Shown in pieces: positions 48,158-60,100 of a stretch of DNA of 64,000 nucleotides (position 1 is its first letter; every line of letters starts with the position of its first letter). This DNA is from Oikopleura dioica. Its lineage: Eukaryota > Animalia > Chordata. The stretch spans positions 5,828,001 to 5,892,000 of the forward strand of contig OU015569.1 in assembly GCA_907165135.1 (NCBI GenBank), given 5' to 3'. A program made the position numbers and the translations under genes. The notes beneath the pieces are model-generated. The model was not told the origin of the DNA, searched no databases, and was given only the letters and a program-made list of their open reading frames with translations.

Positions 48158-51100
48158 TTACGGTGATGTATCGGAATTGCAGGATAAGCATGTACAAGAA
48201 CGGATATTTGGGAGCTTCAGATATTGCTTTTTGTTAGGTGCTCCTGGACAGTACATACTGATTTAGGGTTCCGCACGATCGGAGGACCCAATTTTCAAAA
48301 ACCAAATTAAACTAAAACAAATTTTGAAATTTGAATGGGATTGAGGTTTTCGACTATGGGGAAGAAAATGACGATACTTATATTCTGATAACTCTATAAA
48401 TTCGCCGATTTATCTCGTTTTCCGGTCTATTTCTGTCGCCCACGTTCAGTCGCCCTCCTATTGAAAAGAACACCAAAAAATAGTAGTTTTTGTTCTTAAA
48501 TGAAATTATAACTCAGCGAACTTTTTGTGTGCTGATCAATTAAAGTTTTCAAAAGCATTAACATTTTCATTTCCAGCGCGCTGATTGGTCGAATTTCTGA
48601 CTGTGTTGTTCAGATGGAAGAATCTTCAGTCTAGAAAAAAGTCCCTTGCGCAGCTGACCAATCAGAGCGCATTACCTAATTAAACTTTGTATTTTTAAAT
48701 AGCTTTAAAATGACAGAAGAACTGGCTTTTAGGAGAAACTAGGATCGGAAATGGATTCTACTAGTCATTTTTAGTAGAATTTAAAAATTTTGGTAAATTT
48801 AAAGTCTCTGTCCCAATCGTGCGGAACCCTATACTGATTGTTTTGACTGGCTCGTTCGGGTCTAAGTTATAGCTGCAGCATTCGCAAATGTTCTTAACAT
48901 ATGGGTACTCTGCCATGATAACGCTTTCGGCCGTTTAACATAATATTCTTAAGTAAAATATATTTTTAGCTAGTTTTTAAACGGTTCCTTTGCGAAGAGC
49001 ACCGTCCAGAGCAGTAACTGATCACGACATTTTGCGCGCTGCACCCCTCGCGTGTGAAATTCCTGACTTGAGAAGTCACCGAACAGTCACCGTTTGCTTC
49101 ACACTCAGGAATATTGCAATTTTCAAACTCCTCTTCCGAGCCTTTTTCACAAAGTGTTCCCGAACATGTTCTTTTTCTAGATTTCATTGACTCTGAGCCA
49201 CCGCAAATCGGACACTCTGACCAAGAAGACCACATGCTCCAGGTTGGAGTGCAAAGATCGACACAAAGCTCGCCTCCTCCTATGCAAGAGCACTCGGTGC
49301 ACTCTTCCGTTTTGAATGACACACCATCTTCAACTCCCACACATCTGTCTGAGCAGCGAGGTGTATCTATCTGTAGGCAATCAGACATTTCCGTAGTCTT
49401 CGAGCAATAAATTCCAGAAATGGGATCTCTGTATCGGAATCTTTTACTCTCGTCGCCGATGCAAGTGCTATTGCAGCTCGACCAGTCACTCCAGTCCGAA
49501 TACGAGCAGTCATCAAATTCATCGCAGTCGACCTTTTTGCAATTTATTATGCCCGAATAGGTGCAAGAGCAAGTCTCGCAGATTGATTCCGAACGAATTG
49601 TCCAGGTAGCTCCATTTTGCCACTCTCGTCCAGAGTTGTCAGTGCATTCACAACTGCTCTCCGGGATACATATTCCGCTGCTCGATTCCAGATATCCATC
49701 AGGACATACGCATCCGGGGATGCACTCTTCGCAAAGTTTCGCTGGAGAAGGACTGTCAGCACATGTGCGTTTTGTGCAGAGGGAGACACATGGAGAAAAT
49801 ATCATATCTTTAGGGCAAGAATCTGGACTTATAGGGCCGAGGTGCCCTCCTCCACCACCGGTTGTATTACGATCTCCGTCCGGTCCAAAGCAATGACGAT
49901 GAAAACATGGTTCAATTTGCTTGAGCACCTCGTGACAGAACTCTTTCGAGCAGAAGCGCACGCGAGAACGAACTCCTAAATCACATTCCCTCGAGCATTT
50001 GCTCCAATCAGTCCATTGAGAGACCTCGCCCGGGCATTTTACTATGCATTTCCTTGATTCTACATCATTGCGGCTGTCACATTCTTCTCCAGAACATTGA
50101 CGGCTTCTTAACTGATGACCATCAGAACCGCAACCTCCAATGCACTTTGTCCAAGAAGACCAGCTGCTCCAACGAATGGGGCACTCAGAAAGCTCCCCGT
50201 GACACGGCCGTCTTTCTTTAGGGCAGTTTCTTTTAATCGAGCACTCAGGAATCGCTTTTATACGAGTCTTGAAGCCAATTCCACATTCGTTTGAACATTG
50301 ACTCCAAGAGCTCCATTTTGCATCGCATTGGCTTCGGCACTGCCGTTGTTGTGTTTTCACTCCTTGGCAGGCCGCTCCGTTGTTTTCTGCTCCGACGCAG
50401 ATCCTGCTTCGCCACTGACTGCCTAGCTGGCATGGGAACGCGGTCATCATGTTTTCCGAGCGACAAGTTGACCATTGAGACCAGCTGCTCCAGTAACCGT
50501 CGATCGGACAGAGTTTTTGTACAAGTTAGTTTACCTGCTCTGCAAGTGCATCTGTTACAGCGATCCATAATTGACGTTCCCGCTGGTATCGTTTTATATT
50601 GTCCATTAATGGTAGCAGAACACTCGCACTGCGATCGTGGTATGCACTTCCCATTTCTATTCATCAGATTTCCCCTCGGACAAGCGCAACTGTTCTTGCA
50701 GTCCGAATTATTACAAATACTTTTGGAAATACTAGCGCACGTAGTTTCGCAGTTAGCGCACTCAACAAAGCTAGTCCCACTTGGACACTGTCCATCGCAT
50801 TCATGATCTGCACAGCTTTCTGAAATAAGCGAGTTGCCTTCACATTTCTTACCACCCAAAGCTGGGGAAGGATCATTACAACTACGGGTTTTGTATTTTC
50901 GGAATGTCCCACAGTTGCACGTGCTCCACGATCCCCATGATCCCCAATTTCCATCTGTTGGGCATTTTGGATAAACATGACAGTCCTGATGCTCCACTTT
51001 TACAAGTTCACTTCCAAATTGATCGGTAAAATCATCACATCCTTCATTCGAGCCTTCTTTATGACATCCACATTTATTTATTCTTGATCGGATTTGAGGC

Positions 51101-54100
51101 CATCCGCTGCCACATGTCCTGGAACACGTGCTCCAAGCACTCCAACCGCACCAATTGTTGATTGTTTGCACAACCGAGCAATCATTCATTGTACACGATA
51201 GACGCCCAGATGTACATCTACATGTATTACAGTCCTGCTTTTCAATATCTGCAGGCGATAGAATAGCACCAGTCTTTTGTGAAAAACAGTGGCAAGAGGA
51301 TACAGCGACGCATGAATTACTAACGTGGTCAAAAATTTGATTTGGATCGTTGCAGAAACATCCAGCTTTGCATGTTCCTGATGTTTGATCGCAGGTCTCT
51401 ATATTTGCACATGTTTCCATACAAGGTCGACCACAATCGTTCCAGAGCGTTCCATTAGGGCAGCTTTCAGGCGTATCGAAACAGGGTGCGACTGAGCCAC
51501 ATAGTCTTTCATCCGACAGGTCTGTCCACATTTTAGTAGAACAGTCGATACCAGTGCAATGTTTTATACGGTTTCCAGTATCATTGGTATTACGGAAACG
51601 GTAGGACACTCCATACCCGCCACAAGTCTTTGAACACGCAGACCATGCTGACCATTGCCAAGGACTATCAGTCGAATCCATTTCAGAACATTCTGGCAAG
51701 CTTGAGCAAAATTCTGTTTGGATATCTTGTGTCTCTCCGAGTTTGTCGTGCAAATATCTGTTTCTTACGGCACCTGAGCCGCAAGTTTTTGAACAGGTAC
51801 CCCATTCTGTCCATGCAGATATTCCCGCGTTCTTATCACACGATTCGATAGAGCAGTCCTCAATTTGATGATGATTTGTTGGACATTTCGAAGAGGTTTG
51901 GAACATAAGCATCTGAAAGCGGACACGATTTCCGACACCACAGGAGGTTGAGCATGTTGACCAAGTAGACCATTCTCCAAACATGCACTCCGCGCAGTCA
52001 CCGATGGAGCACATAATCTCTCCTGCGGAGCATTTGCAATTTTTTGTGCACTGTCCAGCAAGTTTCGATTTGAAATGATCGCCACCTTGTATGTTTCCGG
52101 TTTCATCTGTCTTACATGAGCACATATCTTTCGAAACACATTCCCCAAAGTGATTGATCTTTTTATCATCGGTGCAGACGCAAAAGTCTGTCGTGGGACC
52201 TCTTTTCCCACCATTACAGTATGCATTCTCCAGAACAAGTCCAGTTGTATTGGAAATAAAATACGCATCGGCAGGGCAATCCTCTGCTGTGCAAGGACAA
52301 GTTCTTGACTCTTCGTTATCGTCCTTCGCGCAGTTTTGATTTTCTGTTATTTTACCATTGAAAAGACATCCACGAGATCTCCGTTGAATACAAAACTGAC
52401 AATCAGACCATTTGCTCCACTCGCTCCATACAAAAACATCTCCACAAACGGGAATATTTCCGCATGGAACGGTCTCAATCCCTCGACCAGAACAGGCAAA
52501 TTCTGTTTGGTGATTTTTCAACCAAGGTTCGAAAAATTCGATTGTTTGACTATTCTTCGCTCGACATGACCGGTATCGTGATTGCTGAGGGTATACTTTC
52601 TCCGATATACAAGTTGAAGAACAGGTTGACCAAGCTGACCATTTTGACCAAAGACCTTCGTCGATACAGTTTTCTTTCTTATCACAATGAAAAGACGCCC
52701 CTGTGCAAGTGCACTTTAAACATCCTTCATCAAAGCTTGTTCCTGTATCAATCTTCGTCAGATTTGGCAAAATACAGTAACACTGATCTCTTGGAACACA
52801 TTCATCCTCGTTCCGGAAAAGCCCGAACGGACAGGAGCATTGGTGTAGGCATCCTTTTAAATTCGCGTTGTCTCTATTTGAAGACATCAATTTGGTAGAA
52901 TTGTAATGAACAATGCAAGAGTCGTCGAGAATCTGTGCAGCGGCACAGGTAGCTACTTTGCACTCGTCACAAGAATCCATGCCGTTTTCACACGTGACAC
53001 CACAACAGTCCATCACCTGGATAAAACCTGGTCTTTTTCCAGAGCCGTCAGCTGGAACCTGACAAGACAATCCAGAACATGATCTGTTTCGAACTGGGAC
53101 AACAGTGGGACAAACGTCAGATTCTGTGTTGATATTGCATTCAGCGGACCATTCTCCCCAGATAGAAGGACAGGGATTGACACATTTCTCGCTTTCACTG
53201 GACTCACCAGCGCATGATAGCTGATATTTAGCTTGAGGAGTTCGAAATCGATGGCGAACGCCCGTTTGATTGCAACTGTTATCATTTGTGAAGCAAATTG
53301 ACCAAGTCGACCAAGACCCCCAGTTGCATCTTCGATTTGAAATACAGTTTTCCTCACAAATCATTTCACCATTCTCACAAACGCAGTTACACTCGTCAAT
53401 TATATGAATTCCTGGCAAGTACGCACGACCTTGGTGATGGCAATTGCACTGGGACTTAGGAACACAGACACCATCCTGGAGGAGTAAATTTCCTTTGCAA
53501 AAGCAGCCAGTTACAAGTTCGGCTGAATTTTGACATTTTTGTACGCAATCTACTTCCGCAGAGATTTCAGCGCAAGTGGCGGGACAGACATCTTCGCATG
53601 AAGCAGTCAACAAGTTTTTGTCGCCAAAACATCCTTCCATGGGTACACAAGGTGCCAAATTACATGGTTCTATATTGATCGATGGACCCGAGCAAGATTC
53701 TCCGCCATTTTTTGGCTGATAACAGGTTCGAGTTCGTTGACGTAGGCCTCCATTGCATGGACGATCGCATGAACTCCACGTCTCCCAAGGTGAATAATAT
53801 CCATCAATGGGACATGCTCGCAGCTGGCAATGCTGTATGTCTTTAAAAGATTTATCTGCACACGGCGCCAGTTTTTTATTTTCGAGCCTGATCGCTCTTG
53901 TTCTTGACCGAGCACCGATCCCACATGAAGTCGAACACTGACCCCACGCCGACCAAGTTGTCATCAAGCACTCATCGCAAAAAGATTCATCTGATCCATC
54001 GTTGCACTCTTCAATCCCGTTACATACATGGTCGTTAGATATGCATTTAGAATTTGATGAGCACCTAAATTGATTCTCTTCGCAAGGCTCCGAGCCTATA

Positions 54101-57100
54101 TCCGACACCTGACTCTCTGGTGCACAAAAGCAACACTCATCGTCAGGAATTTGTAGAGTTGTATTAGCCGGGCAACCATTAGAAACCAGCTGATACTCAC
54201 AGAACTTATTGCATTGTACAATTCCTGTTCTAGTGCACCGACAAACTGTGCATCCATTCCGCCATTGAGCGCCCACCATCTTTGTATTTCCATCTGCATC
54301 ATGACAAAAACTACATTGATTGGTCCTACATCTACGAGATTTTTTAGATGCTCCCTGACATCTTTCTTCAATACCGTAAACAGATGGGATCGCAGGGGAT
54401 CTGAAACTCCATTGAATTCCATTGACTCCGCACGGACCGAAGCAGGGCCCCCAGCTGCCCCAGCTAGACCACGAACACATTTCCGCCTCGTCGTAATCCT
54501 GCTCTTCACATAGACTTTTTATTTTACAATGCGTAAGCTTTCCATTAGAGCAGACGCAAACCTCACAATTCGAAATGGAAACCTCAGTGTCCGGGTCGTA
54601 TATTTTGCCATCGATATCACATTTACATTCGCTTTCCTGAATACATCCTGTACTGTTCCCGTTGTTCTCAAAAACGTATCCTTTGGGACAGTAACAACCA
54701 CTGGCTCCACATTCTTTGCATTCTTCTGAATCTCCACAGTTTGTTTTGCACGGACCGCATTGTTGATAAGTGAGTGAGCCAGAGCAGATTGGATTTCCAT
54801 CTTCATCAAGACAAGGCTCTAAGTTACATCGAGTGGACTGGAGCCGGCTCGCATCAGATTGTATAAATCTAACGGATGTACCTCCACCACATGAGCTGCT
54901 GCATGTGGACCAGTCAGACCATTGCTGATTAGTTTTCTCACAAGGATCAAAACACGGCCGTTCTTGGATAGATGGTCCAGGACAGGTAAATAAGATATCG
55001 TCATTGTCTTCTTTATTAGGGCAAATTCTCGTCCTCACGGATTTGCCAGAATTACAGTCGACAGAACAATCGCTCCAACTTGTCCATTCACTCCATTGTC
55101 TGCAAACCGCTTCGTCTCTTCCATCTCGGCACTGCTCCTCTCCATCACAAATAGAGCTCATCTTCAAGCACCCAGTTCTGTTACTTTCTTTGAGATCGCA
55201 CCAAAGGCCACTGCAATCGCGCTCTGGCTCCATCGTTGTGTTTCCACAGGCAGATTCGTCTTCACCCTCTGTACATTGGACGATTCCATCGCAAATCATC
55301 GTCATGTTTATGCAAACCAAGTCTTGACATTGGAATCCGCGACATGGTTCAGGAGGAGGGCTTCCACAATTCTCAATTGATTCGTCTTCGCCATTCGCGC
55401 AGTTCATAATGCCATCGCAAATCGAATCGTAAGTTATGCATGTCTCATCTAGATCAAGTTGCATTAAGAAAAATGAAGAAAGACTCACCGTTGCATTTAA
55501 ACATATTCGAAGGACACTCAAAGCAATCAACCTCGTCTAAACCATCCTCGCAGTCAGGTTGTCCGTCGCACCGCCAAGACCTAGCCAGGCATTTTCCAGA
55601 GCAGAAAAATTCTACGTCAAGACAATCTTCTGGATTTTTTGGGTGTGCAGTTTCGCTAGAGTCTGGTCCATCACAATCGAATTCATCTTCACCATCCTCA
55701 CATTCGACGACGTTGTCACATTTTGTTGCGATTTTCCCATTACAGAAGATTTTTTCATCTACGCTTTCGATGTCCCCACAGTCAGCTTCGTCTTCGCCAA
55801 AAGAGCAGTCACTTATTCCGTTGCATACATGGTCTGCTCGTGAAATACAATTCAGCTGGTTGGCGCAAGTAAACTCATCGATGGCACAAACACAGTTTTG
55901 CTCGTCGCTTCCATCTTGACAGTCTATATTGCCATCGCAAAACTGTTGTCGTGATAAGCATACATCGTCGGACTGGCATTTGAAGTTAGTTATTGCGGAG
56001 CATGATTCTTTTGTCAGGTTCAACAAGATAATCTTATTTCTAATTAAAAAGCATTGATTATTTTGAACCTCCCCTTGATCGCATTCGAGCTCATCCGTAA
56101 AATCGTTGAAGCCACAGTCAAATTCTCCATCGCACAAGAAAGCCGCAGAAATGCATTTTCCTGAGGCACAAGGGAACTGGTTTTCTGAGCACATACTTTC
56201 GTTGCATTCGTTCTCGTCTGAACCATCACTACAATCTGGATGTCCATCGCAGAAGAAAGATTTTGGAATGCACATTCCATTCGCGCAGCTATTTTCGAGA
56301 TGATTGCACGTCTGCACGCAGTTTCTCTCGTCTGACCCATCTAGACAATCTTCCTGGCCATCACAGAACCAGTATTCAGGCAAACACTGGCCGCTTTTGC
56401 ACGCACGTTCATTCGGGAGACAGTGGTCGCCATCGCCCATCGTGCAGTGCTCACCAACGCATTCAAACTTCCCATTTTCACAAGTGCAGTTTTGACAATT
56501 GTGCTTTTGAAAAGGTTATAATTCTGTATGAAAACGACTGTAATGGCCGGAAATATATAAATTCTTCGCCTTCGAACACCCATACCTCACTTGATACTTT
56601 GTGAAACCAAGCGATGAGGTAACTACTTGAAAATTTTTCATGTAAAAATAGTCGTTTATAATTTCATAACCTTAGACCTGAACAACTGTTCCAGGGGGAA
56701 AAACTCCTTCTCTCTCATCATGCAAGAAACAAGGACACTCTTCTTTCCGAATACATTCTCCATTGTGCTCCACTTCTCCATCGTCGCAAAAACAACCTTC
56801 GACACAACTTTTTTGACAATTTTCAAATGAAACAAAAATCGAAAAAGATTTCCGTCGAACCGGATTCGAACCAGTGACCTAGAGATAACTGCTAACCCTC
56901 TACAGTCTCCCGCTCTGCCAACTGAGCTATCGACGGTTAATGGAAAGGACTGAAAATACCATAATTATAATATTTTTGCAATGTCGAATATTCATGAGAT
57001 GATCTCATTAAGATCAGTAAATCTTCCGTTTTTTCTGGCGAAAATTTTCTATCTCTGATTATTGTTGTTAAAATCGTTTCCTTAGAAGTTCACAGTGGCG

Positions 57101-60100
57101 CGGCATTGGCGAATTCAACGTTGAGCACGACTCGGCACACGGATTCCCGCAGGATCTACAAAAGCGCCATTACAAATTGCAGCAATTACCTCATGTTGCT
57201 CACCTGTACTGCTTTCCACCATCGCACTGCATTGGACAGCGCTCATTGTTTCTCCATCTGATGGAAATGCCTCTTTTCCCGCATTCAGCCGCGTAATCGG
57301 CGATCGCCGTGCAAAGACACTCGCAGTCTCCACCAACGTCGCAGCTGCAAGCATCGTACACACATCGCCCGTAGAAGTCTTCAGGTGGGACTAGAGCATG
57401 ACAGGCTTCGAATTCGGGCGATTTTATGACGCTACAAGCGCCTCGGGACCAGACCAGACGATCAGCATGTGGACATTGGTAATCGACTACTCCCATTGAG
57501 GTTACACTTGGGCAAGATGGCGAGAGTTTCCAAGAGTTGGCGAAATCTTAGAAAGATATGAAGAAAAACAATAAACGCGAATAAAAGAGTTTATCTTTCT
57601 CGTTTCCTGTTGGGTTAACTTCTATGGATCCGCGTTGGCTTTTATATTCATCGATCAGCATGCCATTGTAATCCCCGCAGAGTCCTTCTACAACACCCCT
57701 GTTGATTGGCTCTAGTCGGACATAAACCCTTGTTCCGCCATCCCACAGAACAGTTAGTCCTCTCGTAGCAGCGGAGACGAGAACGAATACTCCAGCACGA
57801 TCAATTATGACCTCTTCCGTCACCGCCTGATTGTATCTATCGGAAATTCCATATTTCCTCGGGATACGGATAGCCTTATTATTCACTGTTATTTCTCGGT
57901 GCCTCATCAAGTGAACTTGGATAGGGCCGATTGTGACGTACACCGACTTCGTACACGTAACACCTTCCTCTAGTTTTAAATTTCAAACTTCTTTTACGAA
58001 GTTGTATTTTCAACTATGCCTGATGATCCACAAGCAACATTCTCGGCCATGACTCGAAACTGTCCCTCGAGATGCTGCGTTAAAATATAAGTACACGCGC
58101 CATGGAAGGAAAATTCGGCGCCGTCAAATGTTCGATAGTGAGGATCGCCGACGGCGGAGCATGTAGCAGAGCACTTGAGATTTGTGCACTCCCAGTGACG
58201 GCGACTGCATTTACATGTGTTGCAGTCGCGTGTAATGGTTTCTCCTGGCTGATAGTGTTTTCCGTGGTGCAGGCAGGGGCATTCTTCGGGTTCTATACAC
58301 TGGCCCTCTTGCCGAACGTAGCCTTCGGGACATTTGCACCCCGACCAACGCGGTCCTGAGCACACAGCCTTTCATTGAGATTGCGGAACAAGCTTTAATT
58401 TATTTTATATTGATTCTGAAAACTTTTCCTGAAGAGCTGGATTCAGAAAATGTAGACTGTTGCACGTAGGCTCACACTCTGTGATGTTAAAAGATGGGAT
58501 CATTTTTCCTGGGCACGTTAGTACTTTTCCACAAAGCTCGTCAGAGCATACCCAATCTCCGCCTTTGCATGTGCTTAACCAATTTGTAAGCAATTATAGA
58601 TTTACGATGCATATTTTGTCAATATGTAGATTAACTATGTAAAACTGAGAGCGTCGAATGATGACCACTCACTCGGACAGTAGACTGACCTATCTTGTGC
58701 CTCATGTTCGGGACTTATCAAAATAGACCAAATCCAGTCCAAGTGTCGTGGGCTATGAGAGGATGAAGAAGTGAGTAACAGTACATATGATTGGATTATC
58801 TGCCTGTTGCGCTGTATTGAGTAGTGATAATCCACGAACGTCGAGTGAAACGACCGTAGATGGACTATAGATTGACCTATCTTCGCATTCGATGGCAGAA
58901 AATAGGTCAAAACTATTCCATTCACGGACAATAATTGTTTTTTCTCTTGATCTCTAGACGAAAAAACATTTACACTGAGACACAAATAGTCGTGTTGGGG
59001 CGCTAACCATTTCATGCAGCCTTTGTAGAGCACTGTGCCAGGAGGACTTACCTAAATTAAGCCATAATTATCGTTGACAGCTATGAATAGTATCTCTAGA
59101 GAAATACTTACGTTTCCTTTATGATCAGAACACGTGCATTCTTCTGGCTCAATGCAGTAGGGGCTTTCCAGTCCTGAAATTACGAGTCCTTCTGGGCAGA
59201 CGCATCCTGGCCGGCAGATGTGATCACTGTTGTTCTCGCTGCCATCTTCACAATCACTTGCGCAGCTATTACAAGGAGGTACACATGGGGAAAACTCAGT
59301 GCCGACAGGACATTCAGGTTTACACCGAGAGACTATCTTGGCGAGTTCTTCGTTAGAGTTGAGTCGTGCTTTGAAAAAATTGCTTTTTAGCAGGGATCGC
59401 GAAAATCGTTTTTATTATGACGGGAAAGAGCGTCACCAGGCGGCGGATGTTCTTCCGATCGAAGATCCGACGCACTGGATCCAATGAAGAAGAAAATCGA
59501 TCCCGGTCCTGCAATGGGATCGTACGAAACTTATTAATGGACACATACTCGTACTACCCACAAGTTTTCCTGCACCACAGTAGACGTCAACGCAGTGGTG
59601 AAGAAACATCTTCTCCAGCTCAATTTCAAGGTGACACTCTTGCGAGATCTTAAAGAGATCGTCACACACCATTCGAGCAAAGGGCTCCATTTCGGGATAC
59701 GTGAGGCATGATTCGGGCATCTTGTTCTCGATTGGCGCCGGTTCACATATTTCTCCGCCAATTTCGAAGCCATAGCGATTGACAAAATTATCAGAAATCG
59801 CTTCAACATCCCCAGCAGGAGTCGTGAAGTCGTCTTTCTTATTCCAGCTGAATGTTCCACAAAGTCCTGTAAAAATATAAAAATAACTTCTCTCGCGGGC
59901 TTTTACCTTTGACTTTTTTTGACCAAAAGGGCTCAAGTCTTATGTGAAGAAGTTGTTGTGCAAGACTCCAATCAATATCAAACCCGAATCCTACGATGGT
60001 GACAACGAAGTCCGTGGCCTGCGTGATGGATAGATCTCTATTTCTGAACGGAAACGCCACTTGGTAACCATCGAGAAGCAGGATTAAGTTTGCAGCAAGG

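Noticed and set aside
54500-56600. Cys-rich repeats as a CRISPR-like or satellite array
   Set aside because: They are LDLa, TSP1 and TIL coding modules of SCO-spondin, not nucleotide-level direct repeats.
58635-59033. 132-aa minus-strand ORF as extra SCO-spondin coding sequence
   Set aside because: The flanking exons join in frame (GCMKC|TCKGGDW) across a GT-AG intron, and the ORF lacks the Cys pattern.
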